Shown piece by piece: positions 41,109 to 54,861 of a stretch of DNA of 64,000 nucleotides (the stretch's first letter is position 1; every line of letters begins with the position of its first letter). The DNA comes from Utricularia gibba. Lineage: Eukaryota > Plantae > Magnoliophyta. The stretch lies in contig NEEC01000002.1 of NCBI GenBank assembly GCA_002189035.1, forward strand, positions 3,224,001-3,288,000, in the 5' to 3' direction. The translations under genes were made by a program, and so were the position numbers. The notes beneath the pieces are model-generated. The model saw nothing but the letters and a program-made list of their open reading frames with translations, had not been told where the DNA came from and made no database searches.

Positions 41109-44100
41109 ATGTATGTTCTACATAACTTTTTGTCAAATAAATTCTACTTTTTAAAAAAAGTAGAAGTAACCTTAATTGTAGAACAATAATTCATTCTACT
41201 TCTTTTTTTTCTTTGAAATCTCATTTTACTACTGCCTTTTTTTTTTGAGAAATGAGAAATAACATTTGAGCTACTTCTTATTCTCCTTCTTTTTAATTAA
41301 TTCTCATTCTAGAAAAAAATGGAATGTATTATAAAAAGTTATACAGAACAAACCTAAGTATAAAAGTTACTTTGAGTTACTTCTTACTTCTTATTCTTAC
41401 TTCTCATTATGAATTTACAAATTTATCCTTCATTATAAAAATATATTCAATATTTTATTTCATTGCCATGAATTCTATTCCTTCGACATTGCTTTAGGGT
41501 TTGGAGATTTCACACCCAATTGTGAAATCAATTTCAAGAATTGATCAACACGTTTTTTAGGAGTAACATTTGCTGGAAGTTCTTTGTAATTCCTACGGTA
41601 ATGCCTTTTTTTGTTACTCCAATTTTGTTTCCAAAATTGAATACTTGCTTGTTAACCAATGTGGAGAGAAATATGTGAGTTGTGGATGATATTTTCTTTT
41701 TAATTGCAATTAATGTTGTGGTTAAATTGCTGCTACTTTTGTTGCATTTAATGGTTAAGTTTGGACTAGAATTTTGTTGTATCAGTTTTGTTTCATTTTT
41801 TCCGATAGTAATCGCAGTCTGAATTGGTTCCTTGCTTCTTAACCAAGGTGGAGAGAAATACGTGAGTTTTGACTGAACTTTTTGTTTAATTGCATTTAAT
41901 GTTATGAGTTTTGGTTGAATTTTTTCATTATCAGATTGGGAACGCTGCACTTGCTCAAAAAAAATTCTGGGTTGTAAAATATTAATACCTTATCAGATAC
42001 GTTGATGTATTAATTTTATGACTTGCTCTGTATTTAACGTTGCTGTAATTTTTTATGTTTAATGGTTTATTTTTTTCTATTACTCTATTAATATAGATAT
42101 GTTTTCAATTGATCCTAGTATATTTCTTTAATTTTTTTATTTTGTTTTGACTTTGTAACATAGTGATGAACAAGAGGAAAAAAAGTAATGGAAGTAATGA
42201 AACTAACCAAAAAGGTAGTGCAAAATGGAAGTAGATTCCTGGATGAGTTTTTTTATTTCTCGAGATTTGTCTGGCTGAAGTTCGTGGTGGGAATCGACCT
42301 ACTACCTCATTCAACAAGATTGATTGGTTGAATATTCTCAATAAACTAACTAGCTAAACTGGAGATGAGTATTCAATGAAACAAATCAAGAATAAGTGGT
42401 GTGATCTTCGAGCATTATGGACTTTGTGGATTCGACTTGTGAATTGGACTAGTGTAGGTTGGGATATGACAAAAAACACAATACTTGCTAATGATGAATG
42501 ATGGGCAGAAAGGATTACGATAATTTATTCTCTAAGTTTGTTCATCCTATTTTAATGCTTTACATGATTGGTTTTAGTAGTATTTGATGCTTTGTATGAT
42601 GATTATTTGGCTTTTGTTGTTTAATTTTCTTGTTTGTAGGAGAATAAGGAAGCTAAAAAATGTCGTAATGGACCGCCACCACACAAAGAACTCATGGAAG
42701 AACTTTTCGGTGATATTATTGCAACTGGTCAAGATAGCTACACCCCAAGCTCTGGAATTCTACCAACGGGGATGGATGATGAAGTTGAATGTGTCCTGAA
42801 ACAGAGGATAATACTTTTGATTGGACTTATGAACCTGTGGTTAATGACTTTGGTACACCACCTTCAGGTCAGAGTGTTAGTCGTATATCTGGCAGCAGTT
42901 TACGAAAAGAATAACCAAAGAAACGAAAGAGTGGAAATGGAAGTAACTCAGACATTATCGCGAAGTCGATCAAGCAAATTGCTAAAGATAATGAACGTCG
43001 ATTAATGAAGGATGATCTATAGCCTGTAGAAGAGTGTGTTAAGGTTTTGGATAATACCAAGGGGATCATTGGTGGTGATGCTTTATGGTGCAAGGAAATG
43101 CACCTCTTTGCCAAGACAGTGGAACGTCGTATTTTCTTAGCTATTGACACTGATGAGAAACGCATAGCATATCTGAAGAGTCATATGAGCACTTCCCAAT
43201 CCTCAAACCACTCTCGATCTATGGATGCTGAATCAGATGCTAGTTCACCGCATAAGATTTGATGTTATTGTAACTTAGAACTAATGTGACATGTCTACTT
43301 TGTCATGAATTTTCTGCTTTGTTGTTTTTAATTTCTTCTGACTTTATTCCACTATCTCATTACTTTATATTCCACTACCTCGTGACTATATTCTACTACA
43401 CTTTATTCCACTATCTCGTGACTTTATTCCACTATCTCGTGACTTTATTTTCGCTTTCATATCACTATAAATATTCATATTTAGTGGTTGCATTCTTCAA
43501 TCATGTCTTCATTGGATAATTCTTCTCATTCTTCAGAAGTGAGTATTGATTCCAATGATGACACACATGCATTGCATCAAACATTTCAAGCCGTAGGAGC
43601 AGTAGCCACCTATCATGAGCGCTATATGGTGAAACAACCTTTCAATAATCGACCGGTTAGTGGTTGGTCTTTACTTCTTGATATGCTTAATGGTCATGAT
43701 CGTAGGGCATACAACTCTTTACGGATGAACACTCCTACTTTTCTTCAACTTTGTCGTATACTTGTGAATGATTATGGTCTAAAGAGAAGATCACAAGTTG
43801 ATGTTGAAGAAGAAGTAGCCATGTTCCTTAAAGCATTTGGACATCGAGAAACAAATCGTTCTTTGCAAGAGTTTTTCCAGTGTGGGGCTGATACTATCCA
43901 CAAGGCTTTCAACAATGTATTACAAGCCTTAATTGAATGTTCCTCGTATGAGTTCAACCTCAAGATGCATATCCTATAGTTGACCCATATATTCAATCGA
44001 ATGATAATTATTATCCTTTTTTTAAAGACTGTATTGGTGCAATTGATGGTACACATGTTAGAGCCTCAGTTCCTGCTACTGATCGTGTCGTTTTATTGGA

Positions 44101-44997
44101 CGTAAGGGAGAACCGACTCAAAATATTCTTGTTGTTTGCAACTTTAACATGTTTTTTGTTTTTGCACTAGCTAGAAATGAAGGCATCTGTTATGACAGTA
44201 GACTATTACGGCAATGCTTGGAGGATTATCGTTGCAATTTTCCAAAACCACCACCTAGTAAGTACTACTTAGTAGATTTGGGATTCCCAAATATCAAAGG
44301 TTACATGTCTCCATTCCGCAACCAACGGTATCATTTACCTGATTTTCAATGCGCCCGTGGTTTTAGAACTGCACAAGAGTTTTTCAATTATAGACACTCG
44401 TCACTACGCAACTATATTGAGCAAACCTTCAGAGTATGGAAAAACAGATTTCATATGGTGAATGATTTCCCTCATAACTTGTCATTCAAAAAACAAATGC
44501 AACTTGTTTTAGCTACAATGGCGATACACAATTTTTTGCATGTAGTTGATGCTGATGATGATGGTGCAACTTTGGATCAATATAATAAAAACCCCATCTT
44601 CCAAATGATGAAGAAGTTGCAAGTGAAAATCTAGTTGAGTCTTCTATGGACGAGTTGAGAAACTCAATTTATAATGATCTATGAAGAATCTATCATGGTT
44701 AAGCTAGCTCATAAAATTAAAGATGTTTATCGTGACTAATGTGTTTCGATTGTAGTTTCTATTCAAATAAAGAATTTATTTGCAATCGTTTGTTGTCCAA
44801 GTTCAATATTGATCTTCTTTCATAAATGGATAAAAATGATAGTTTATTTTTAATAGAAGGGTAAATTTGAAATTTGATATAAAAATGAGAATCCAAAATC
44901 AATACAAGAATTGAAACATCATTTATAACTTTTTGCAAAATTAATTTTAATTTCTACTTCTTTTTTTAAAAAGTAGAAATTAAAATAGAACATGCTC
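41109..44997 (+). mobile_element. Full-length but decayed PIF/Harbinger element (Myb/SANT ORF plus DDE transposase)
   Basis: TAA TSD at 41106-41108 and 44998-45000; TIRs ATGTATGTTCTA / TAGAACATGCTC (9/12). Subterminal palindrome TTCTACTTTTT..AAAAAGTAGAA at both ends. Myb/SANT remnant at 42.2-43.3 kb (EVRGGNRPTTSFNKIDW...KQIKNKW). Transposase at 43.5-44.6 kb (DCIGAIDGTH, KYYLVD, FFNYRHSSLRNYIE), with stops and frameshifts. Confidence 0.88.
43339..43449. repeat. Minisatellite of about 21 bp inside the PIF element
   Basis: About five degenerate copies of GTGACTTTATTCCACTATCTC between the two ORFs. Confidence 0.8.
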
Positions 44998-45208
44998 TAA
45001 GATTAGTTTTAATGGCATTCCAAATGCGGCTGTACAAGAAGAAAATAGAGATACCACCACTCCTAGAGAGGCCTGAAATGTTTCCATAGAAAAACGCACG
45101 CCTTTAAAATTTAGCTCCAGTATCTGTCTGTAGTGTACATTGTGTACAGCTCTTGAGTTTAATAGAACGGAGCTCGGAGCTCCTTGTGGGCTTCCCTATC
45201 CGCTCAAC

Positions 45209-48200
45209 TCAGGCGAGGCTTTGCAGTTTGGGGAGGAGGCTTCTCCATGCATCGCTCATGGTGTTGGCCAATTGCGCCTGCCCTTTTGCGAATTCGTGAA
45301 ACGCCAATCCCAAGTCCACGGTCTTCTGCTCTTGGAATCGAACCATCTCCTCGTTCATGCGTTTCACTATCGTCTTGAATCTTCTTTCAGCATCCGCTGC
45401 ATCAGCTTTCAGCTGCATGACGCAGTGAAACATCAGCATGGAGAAAAGGGTCTTGAGGGGAGTAACCCACATTACATACCTCCTCGTATTCGTGCTCGGC
45501 TTCAGCCAGTTTGTCAGATCGTGTTAATCTCAGCTTGTTTCTGCAATGTCAATCTCAGCTTGTAAGTGAAAAGGGAATTAATTAAACAAGGATTTGAGTA
45601 AATAATAAGCAGCCGTACAAGTCAATTTCCTTGAATTTGATTGCTTCAGCCAGTTCACAATGATGCCTGAATGCAGTTGCTCTGTCCTCCAGTGTATCCT
45701 GCCACAGAAACCAATTCTCAGACAAAAACTCAACCGTCTCAAACATCGAAGATCAATGTAGAATAATAACACAAAGCATCCTTCGGACTTAGAAACACTT
45801 TCAACTGCTGTCTCAGTAACTCATTACCTTCATACATTGAACTGCTCTCACATAATCTTTAAGAGGTTCTTCAAATTTCATCAGAACGTTGTGGGCCTGG
45901 AAAGAATTATGAATATGTGAACCACATTCTAAATTCTAGTATGAAAGAAAGCACAACAATTCTATCATACTTCTCCCATCAGCCTCAAAGACAGGGTCTC
46001 TGATTTGGTGCCGAGATCAGAGAATGCCTTGCCAATAGAGTTTCCCTCACACTCTCCTAATAGGTTCACCGCCTGACCAAAGTCTGATAAAGATTGTCCC
46101 AACTCTGCAACAAATGTACTTCAGCATTATACCAAACCCCACACTGGGATGCACGTACTGATGATAAGGAATTATGAAAATTTTCTTTCAGTCTATACCG
46201 CGGTGCCTCTTCACAAGATTATAGGCATGTTTCTGGGCATCAACTAGGTGAACCTCGAGATGTATCATGTAATTTTTCAGTTTCTCGTACTCTGGATTTG
46301 ATTCTTCCACTGGTTTTTCTTTTCCCAGAACCACGTCACTTACTTTGGACTGTACATCCTGTCAAACACAAGGATTACCAATGTAATGTAATACACACCT
46401 ACAGGCCTGGATAACAAGAAAACTAATAGAAGATGCATAATCTATTGCTCAATGAAAAAATAAATATGTACCCTTTTTACACCTTAAAAGCAAAATAAAC
46501 AAAACCTTTTCACATCTCAAGAAACAAAATAAATAATTTACCCTTATTACACTTCAAAAGCAAAATTTTGTATTGTACACTTTTCACAGTACAGTTGACA
46601 CACGCAAAAACTTTTCAGACCACGTGAGAATCCAGTTTGTGCAGAATGAATAGCAAAAGATGGTGGCACCATCACCAAATGCAGCATACATCGCAGCAAG
46701 AAAATAGTAAGCAGAACAATAACAAAAAAATAACCAGCGGGGTGAATGAGATACCTTGAACATTTGTAAAAAGGCAGCTGGCTTCTTGTTAAAAATGCCA
46801 GTATCCTGAAATCTTGCTCTTTCCATAGTCTGCAAATGAAGTAAAACACTAGATTGACATAGAAATAAAATAATTCTTCATCACGGATGACACCTTCTGC
46901 TTAAAAAATGCCAGTAATCTGCCCAGACCCTACTAAGAAACTGGATATTCATCGCAAAGTGGCATGAAGATCACAAAAACCCAATGATATACCATCCATA
47001 GCTTCCTCACAAGAAAATAGTTAGTCTAGAACCACGAAAGCTACAAATGCTGTTGCTTTATTGGAAAGATGCGAAATCTTGGCAACAGGCACTGCCCAAA
47101 TTTTGAGTACATACATGAATCCCTTAATTTCATCTTTCTTTTCAAGAAATTATTAATTTTTCAGTTCAAAAGAAGCCAAAACAACTCCAGATCCACTTTT
47201 CTGTGCAAGTAATTACACGATGTTCAATCACATAAAACTACCTGCTCATCAGCTTGCAGAAACATTCTCAAGTCTTCACTCTGATTGAGTTCATTATGTG
47301 ATGCAACCCGGTTGACAAAAACATCCAGTGCTTGACATCTCATTTCAATGAACTCGGCAGTAAACCTAAATTTTTCTGAGTAGGATGAAATCTTCATAAG
47401 AATCTCGGGAGCATGTTTGACAAAAATGCGAAAAAACCTAAATTTTAATGTAATTGCTTCAATGCAGGACAAGTCGTTTTGAGCAACAACAGCACTTTAT
47501 GAAATGGGTAATGTTAAATATTAACTATCACAAGCATTTTGTTGAGCAATGTGGCACATTCATCAAAAAGTGAGAGAATACGAAGTTAGCCCTCAAAATC
47601 TTCAAGGAACAATAGAGGAGTTTCAAGGTCAATATATATATTAATGAACATCATCTTCAAATCTGTGATTCATAAGTTACATATACGTAGGCTAAGAGAA
47701 ATAGTATAATAAGAACTATAACAGAAACTAACGCTACACGCTGTCACAAAAATACTGCATAAAAATGCTCGGTTTGAAATGAATGTCTTCTTCCATGATG
47801 ACAGCGAAAGCCATAATGTAAATTTTAGCTAACACTTAAACTGCTGAAGAGAAAACAAAACAGATCATCAGGCTGATTACCTACAGTGCTTTTCTCCGGA
47901 AGTGGTGGGATGAAAATACCCTTGTATTTCTCATGAAGTCGTTCCCTTAACCAAAGAAAATCACTGTATCTTCTGATGACAATTTTCTCAGGGGCATCAT
48001 ACTCTGGAAAGTTTGTCTGCATATTAGCGGATGGACTTTAGTATTTGTCAAAAAAACCTTAGATTACATCTGAAATCAGGAAAGGCGACGAAACTACTAA
48101 GATGGGATTCCCCAATAAGCCGCAGTAAAGACATAATCCCCAAAATGAGAAGCAGAAATCAATGAGACAAGAAGAAAACCATTGATCTGTAAATGTAGTC

Positions 48201-48547
48201 TGGGTCCTGTTAATCACGGAAACTCACGATGATTTACCACGCGCCAAGCAAATCATCGATCCGGAACTAAACAAATTAAACCACTACGTTGATATGCAAG
48301 CTCCTTAATCATGAATTCAGCATGCAGTACGAAATATAACCCCGCTCCGCATGCGCAGCATAGAAAAAGTTTTAGATGCCAATAAGAATCCTACCTCAGT
48401 GATAACTTTGTAGGAAATATACGCCTGAACTCCAGTGCCCATTTTAGCAGGATCCAACACAGAGACCCTCAAGTAGGGAGCTTGCGAGGAGGGGGATCTA
48501 GGGCTGGGCGTCGTCGCACCCAACCCACTTCTCTGCGGCGAATTCAT
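45209..48547 (-). CDS. SNX1: Sorting nexin 1 (PX + BAR)
   Basis: YLRVSVLDPAKMGTGVQAYISYKV, VIRRYSDFLWLRERL...IPPLPEKS, DVQSKVSDVVLGKEKPVEESNPEYEKLK, FEEPLKDYVRAVQ, EEMVRFQEQKT...AWRSLLPKLQSLA*. The exons I checked are all in phase. Confidence 0.95.
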
Positions 48548-48770
48548 CTCAGGATTAAGAATAAATCCAAGGTTAATCAGATTCCACTACTTCCGGTTGA
48601 AGGCAGAAAACTGCTCATGTCCTTGGGAATTCTTCTCCGGCGATGATGAAATGGCATTTATTCACATTAATGGTGCGGCCCATTCAACTCACAGGCCCAG
48701 TATCGCGATTGGGTTTGCATCACACATTCCATGGTTATTCCATACCCAAAAGTGAAAAATGGTAAAGTTG

Positions 48771-51700
48771 CATCAAACATCCCAACTGTTTTACTTAATG
48801 GTAAAAATAGTTCCCAATATTTGATGTAAAAAACACGCTTAGTTTCTAAGATTTTCTATATAATTAGACTTCAAAAATTTATCACGATTGACATTTTTAG
48901 TCCCCTAACTTACATAATAGATATATTTGATCCTTGCTATTCAAAACCCAAACACCCCTAATCTCCAATGTTTGTATATTTAGTATAATTAGTCCCCAAA
49001 TAATATTGGAATTGTAAGCCCCTACTATTTTGATTTTTTTACAACATTAGTCTTTAGCATATATATTCATTTTTTTCAAAATCCTTAATTTTTTGTATTC
49101 CCATCATCGCGTTGTGCCTCCACCCATCGCCTGTTCATGCCCCCAAACACTTGCGATGCTGGTGGCTGCTGCGGCAACTAGCACTACGGCGTGCAGCGCC
49201 CCCACGGGCATTGGGCTGTTGTGTCGACTCACAGCCATGCAAGCTGGGGCAAGCATGATGACATATGGGCTCAAATTCGTTTCAATATGTGAATTGTCAT
49301 TTTTTATATAATTATTATGTATTATTACATGTTCATTTAGAATTAAGTCATCCAAATTGGAATTATATTAATAAGTATTTGATTTTATTGAAAAAATCCA
49401 ATTATTGTTTGTTATATATATATATTTGTATTATTTTTCATATACTTTCACCTAAATGTGACACAAAATAGTTATGGATTATTGTAGAAGTCTTACAATA
49501 AGACAAAACAATGATATTTCATGACTTGCACATGATTAGAGCCATATGGGTAGAAGATTAATACTGTTTAGATTCATGACTTACAACATGTCAAAATTTG
49601 TAATAATGATTAGACATTAATTACATGAATGGAAAAGTTGTCTAACAAGCAAGATATAAGAAATGATGTAAAGAAAACAAAGGAAGTTAATGTATATATG
49701 AGTGAATTATAGCAAACTTGAAATACTTTGGATGAGTTTTTTTTTTCTCACTTTTTTGCACTTAAACTTTAGGTTCTTACTCTTCACAAAAGAAAGGAAG
49801 AACACTTCACTTTTCGCAATTTCAGCTTTTTGTTTTCATGACTATTTGTGGAACGATAATACATATTTTTGAGTGTTTAAGAATAGAAAAATAATTAATA
49901 TTTCGCTATAAAACTTGAATTTTATTGTGTATTTCTGTGTTTTTGTTATTAACAGTATTATTTACATTTTTTATTCCTAATTGAGACTAAATCTAAATCT
50001 TAGTTCTCATCATTTTCTTGAACAATACAACATATATCAGTAATGTAAATCCCAATGGAACGAAAAGTATACAGTGAAAGTAGCATAAAAAAGATTAAAG
50101 AAAAAAATAAAAGCATCAAATTCCAAAAAGATCAAAAAGTAGATTTTGAGAATAATGAGGAGTGAAAAACATATCTCTATCACTTTGAACACACAAAACA
50201 TACATTTGGGAAGCAGATCTAATAGAAAATCATAGTAAAACCATGGAGAACAAAGAAGATGAAGTGGAGTACCAAACTTACAGCTAAATTTTCCATTGTT
50301 TATCAGGAGCATTACTCCTATTCGGAAGTAGTTTTAGCTTTTTGAGATAACTATTTATGATTTCTGTTTATATTTATGTTTCTTTTCTTGTTGTTGCATG
50401 TGACTTGAACACATTTTGGTTGCTATGTTATGAACGTATTTCATTTTACTTAAGCATAAATGACTAAATATACGTAATGCCTTGAGGTAGAAGTAAGTGT
50501 GCATATGCATTGTTTATTAGACTACATTAACTTGGTAAATTTATTATCAAATCATGATAGATTCAAAAGGAGTAAGTAATGATATTTGTCATAAACAGAC
50601 CTAATTAGAGATATGCCAAATATTATGAAAATAAAGGGTTTAGATAGATTTGAATTCTTCATTTATTAGGTGAATGATTATTAGGTTGGCTATGTTAAGT
50701 GTAACAATGATCATGTCACTCCTAAAATTTTTAAGGCATGATTATCTTATTCTAATTAGTGGTTGAATTTGTTTGTTATTTCTTTACTGCCTTTTATCGG
50801 AGACTTGCGTTAATCTTAATTTAGACTAAATCTTTCAATCATGACAAAAACAACAGCATCAATTTCACATAACAAGTACATAGCTTATAGTGTTCAACTC
50901 TAATCTACTATGTTCATATTTTTTATATTATTAATTATGAATTAGTCTATAAATTTATTTGATACGTGAATTTACAATTTTAACAACATTGCAAAATTTT
51001 CAATTATCAAAATAGCGTTGTTGCCGAGGAGCGACAAGAGCAAAGCGAAAATAGATAAAGAAGTAAATAGAATCTCTTTTCCATGAAGTGATTCCTTTAA
51101 TCAAAGTCAAATGCTTGTATTGTATTTTATATTTCAATATTTCAAATTCTTTTTACAAACCTATGACAATTTATAGAAGTTCAATACAAAACGTTTTTCA
51201 CAAAACTCAACTCTTTAAAATTGACACTTATACTATGTTTTAATTGTGTTATATATTTTTTTAATTAAAATTTGTTGAGTAAACGACACATAACACAATA
51301 TTAGAAAAATTATGTGTTGAGACTAAATGTGAAAAGCTAAAAATATTTTTGAAACTTTTCATGTGGGGGTTCAAAGTCAATGTAAATTGGGTTTAGAATC
51401 AAAAAGTCTGACAGTTTTAAGACCCAACAACAAATATAAAAATTTTATTTAGATTTATTGTATTGTATCTAATTTTATTACTATTATTATTATAAGTCTC
51501 ATAATTTAGTATTCGTTTTAATCGTATGTTATAAATAAGTTTGATAATAATGAATAGACCTGGGCATGGGTACGGGTCAACCCAAGTTACAGTGAGTCAA
51601 CCTGTATGGAATGGATACGAGTTATTTGTATTCGTAAAAAACAAGTATGAGTTGAGTCGATGATTTTCGACTCGACGAGTTACTTAGATAACTCGTGAAA

Positions 51701-53078
51701 AAATAAATGATTTATAATCCAAATTATTCATTTTTTAATTTAGTTTTTATATTTTTTTCATTTAATATTTATAATTTAATATGAAATAACTTCAATTATA
51801 TTATATACTATTAATCCCAAATATTATAAAATAGAAAAAAATTATTACATTTTTTGATATCGAATATTCAAGAATTAAATAAATCATATATAAATTAAAA
51901 TATTACTACATAATGAAAAAAGTAATTAAAAATAGAATAATTATATAAAAAAAAGATAAAACATGAATTGAAGAGTTCATACTCAGATCAACTTGACGAA
52001 TCGATAGTTAACGAGTCAACTCGGATACGATACGAGTTGGGGTCAAAACCTGACAACCCGTTGACTCGTGAACCCATAATAATACCACGACTCATCGAGT
52101 CAGACTTGTTACTCGACAAGTCATGACCCGTGCCCAAGTCTAATAATGAAGGTGCCAATATGATTTGAATTAATTTTTTTTTAAAAAATCATGTTTATAT
52201 TAATAATTTTATAAAAATATTAAATGATTAATTGAAAATTAATTTACATACTATTAATATTACATAATGATATTTAGATATTAGTTTTTGTTATTTTATA
52301 TTAATATTAATTATTTTTATTTAGATTATTATAATTTATAACAACGATAATAAAATATAATTTATACTTTTTTTCTTTCTCTATTGCTATTAGATAATAT
52401 TTGTGTTTTTGAAGAATACTTATATTCATGCTTCTAATAAATTCATAATTAATTTCAATTCTTGAAAATAGTTATGAGTATCAAGATAAAATTGACAAAA
52501 ATATAAATCAAATGAAAAAAACAACTAAAGAATTTGATTGTCTTGTTTAAATCTATATGTCTTTATCTTTTTTTTTTTTGAAAAATTTAATAAACTTTTT
52601 TATATTGTTCCTTTTGAATATATTTTTTCCTAAGTATATAATAATATATTCATTTTCAAATAAAAATAGTTTTCTAATAAGATATATTTTGATAACAATC
52701 CTAGTTTTTTAATTTGAATAACTTAAAATTTGTTTTTGGTGTCTAATGTAATTTATCATTTTTTTTCTTATTCTATAAGTATAGCATTATATCATATATG
52801 TTTTATTGCAATGATCATCATCACTTGAGAGTCCTTTGAAGTAAAAGTAATTGAAACTTGGAGAATCATATCAACTATAAAAAAATACATATGCAAATTA
52901 GGGAGATATTGCAATGGAGATTTTTTATAAGTGTGCAATAGAAATGCATGTGGCAAATAATTTAAATAATCATTTCAAAAGGTTAGGAGAGAATATCACA
53001 AGTTTCTTCAACTCTCTATAAGTAAAAAAACAAATGGGAACATCTCAAACCGATTTGGGATGCTTGATACAAGTTGGG
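48771..53078. mobile_element. Possible large non-autonomous Mutator-like element
   Basis: Left end GGTAAAGTTGCATCAAACATCCCAA, partly inverted as TTGGGATGCTTGATACAAGTT near 53056-53076. TAGTCCC-type subterminal repeats; no TSD verified. Confidence 0.3.
51555..52142. mobile_element. hAT-family MITE (588 bp)
   Basis: TIRs TAGACCTGGGCA / TGCCCAAGTCTA, perfect 8-bp TSD ATAATGAA (51547-51554 and 52143-52150), and subterminal ACCCG/GAGTC repeats. Confidence 0.9.
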
Positions 53079-53527
53079 AAAATAAATTGGATTAGGCACT
53101 AAAAACATGCCTAAAGAACTAACAAAAAATTATTTGAAGGTGACTCGATTTCTTTATTAATCCTTTTTTCCTTTTTTTTTGAGTTTTAGTGATCTTTTGG
53201 TTGATCATAATGTAAAGAAAACACAATTAGGATGGAAATCTTGGTATGTTTGTGATTCAAAACCTAAATCATGATAATGGTATTAGCAATATACATGATT
53301 TTTTAATATTTATAAAATACCTTAATTTTGAAATAATTTACAAATTATATTTCAATTATATTTTATATTTTTAATAAAAATATTAATATTATTTCATAAT
53401 TAAAATTTATCATTTAATTTTATTTCAAAATATGCTCCAATTTCAAAACCACAAACTCATTTTTTATATGTTTTAATTTTTAAATCAAAACATATTCCAA
53501 ATCAGGTCACATCACCCAAACCTTTAA

Positions 53528-54272
53528 GATCATGTTTGTTAGGTGGGTATAAATTATTAGGGTTTAGATTATTATAGTTTAATTAATCACATGAATGATG
53601 GTTTATTCAAAATAATGTGTTTGATGAATATGTTACAATTATTTAGGATTAGCAACTTTATATATTTGTTAAAGATGTTTAAAAATGGATATTTGTAAAC
53701 AAATATTACAAATAGACACTCCAATCGTACTATTACGGTGCCCAAGTATAGAAGACTTAATGTGTTTAGACCCCACAAAGTTGGGTTTGCGGTGTATGAA
53801 ACCTATTAACCCACTCTTTATGGGAGCCAAAGGAATGACACAATATGCTTCACAAAGTGTTAATAAGTAATGAATAACTTAAATAAGTTTTCACCCAATC
53901 AATCGACCAAAATATGAACAAGATATAAAGATATAAAATGAAAAATCAATACAAATAACTGGAATGAAAACAAGAACAAAAACTTACATGAAAACATAAT
54001 TTTTATTGAAATTTCAAAATTAAACCCACTTATCTTGAATTTACACCAATGATTTACAATCAATCTAGTAAACAATGAAGAAGATGATAACGATTTAAGA
54101 TTTTATTTGATATTGGAGAAGAGTAATAATATCTTTCGAATGTTAGTTTATGAATGATTTAATAAAACCCATCTAAATTATTATAGATAGATTTGTAATG
54201 AGATAATATAATACTATGATTTAACTTTTACACATGGATTTAAAGTCTTAAACATACCTAACAAACATGACC
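53528..54272. mobile_element. Tourist/PIF-like MITE (745 bp)
   Basis: TIRs GATCATGTTTGTTAGG / CCTAACAAACATGACC (15/16), with TAA TSD on both sides. Confidence 0.85.
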
Positions 54273-54481
54273 TAAATTATATTAAATATGGGTAGGATTT
54301 ATTTAACCATTAGTTAATTTAAGTCTTTTTTAAAAAAATTACGTCAGACTATTTGATGATTAAATAACCCATCTTCCAAAACAAAAGAGAAATCTAAATT
54401 GGGGTGATCACACTATTTTCAAGAGACCGGCCATCCCTCCTATTTCTCAAATGAGTCTAAATTAAAGTTCCCGTACATGAG

Positions 54482-54559
54482 GCAGCGTCAGGATATCAAT
54501 AAGCTAAAGTGCCTCATCGGCCATCTGGCCTCAAACAAATTAACCTCATCATTCTCTGC
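54482..54559 (-). ncRNA. Box C/D snoRNA with a guide against the 5' region of 25S rRNA
   Basis: Minus strand: GCAG-aga-ATGATGA (C) ... TTGA (D') GGCCA/TGGCC stem, GATGA (C') ... GCTTATTGATATc-CTGA (D)-cg-CTGC (terminal stem). The guide is complementary to 25S AUAUCAAUAAGC, the ITS4 primer site. Confidence 0.82.
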
Positions 54560-54674
54560 ACTTCAAACAGAATCAATCTTGGAAGAAGAAGAGCAACAAG
54601 AAACAATCAGGTTAAGGCTTAGACCTGTGCTTGCTTTCAACGAGATTAGGAATGTGGGGGACGGAAGCGTCGAC

Positions 54675-54748
54675 AAGATCAGTTAGAGCTAATACATATT
54701 TAACAGCCATCATACTTGGCTATCAAACAAGGATTAACATCATCTCAG
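54675..54748 (-). ncRNA. Box C/D snoRNA, U44/SNORD44 (plant snoR18)-type, copy 1
   Basis: C box variant ATGATGT (54737-54743), D' TTGA, C' ATGATG, guide ATGTATTAGCTCTA, D box CTGA (54679-54682). The guide is complementary to 18S UAGAGCUAAUAC(G/A)U. Confidence 0.82.
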
Positions 54749-54861
54749 TGTCTCCGCTACCCTTATTGCATTCTTTGGGAAGAAGGTTTTTTTTTTTTTC
54801 AGTCAAAAGCCTTTGAAAACGACGACGACGACGCCGGAGATGTGGGATATGAAGCTTGTGG

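Noticed and set aside
54595-54645. Possible fourth C/D snoRNA (CTGA with AATC/GATT stem)
   Set aside because: Only about 45 nt long, with no credible C box and no rRNA complement that I recognise.
54838-54848. USE-like motif ATCCCACATC (minus strand), with a weaker copy near 54652-54662
   Set aside because: There is no TATA box at Pol II or Pol III snRNA spacing and no snRNA body follows. The motif is simply part of the duplicated spacer.
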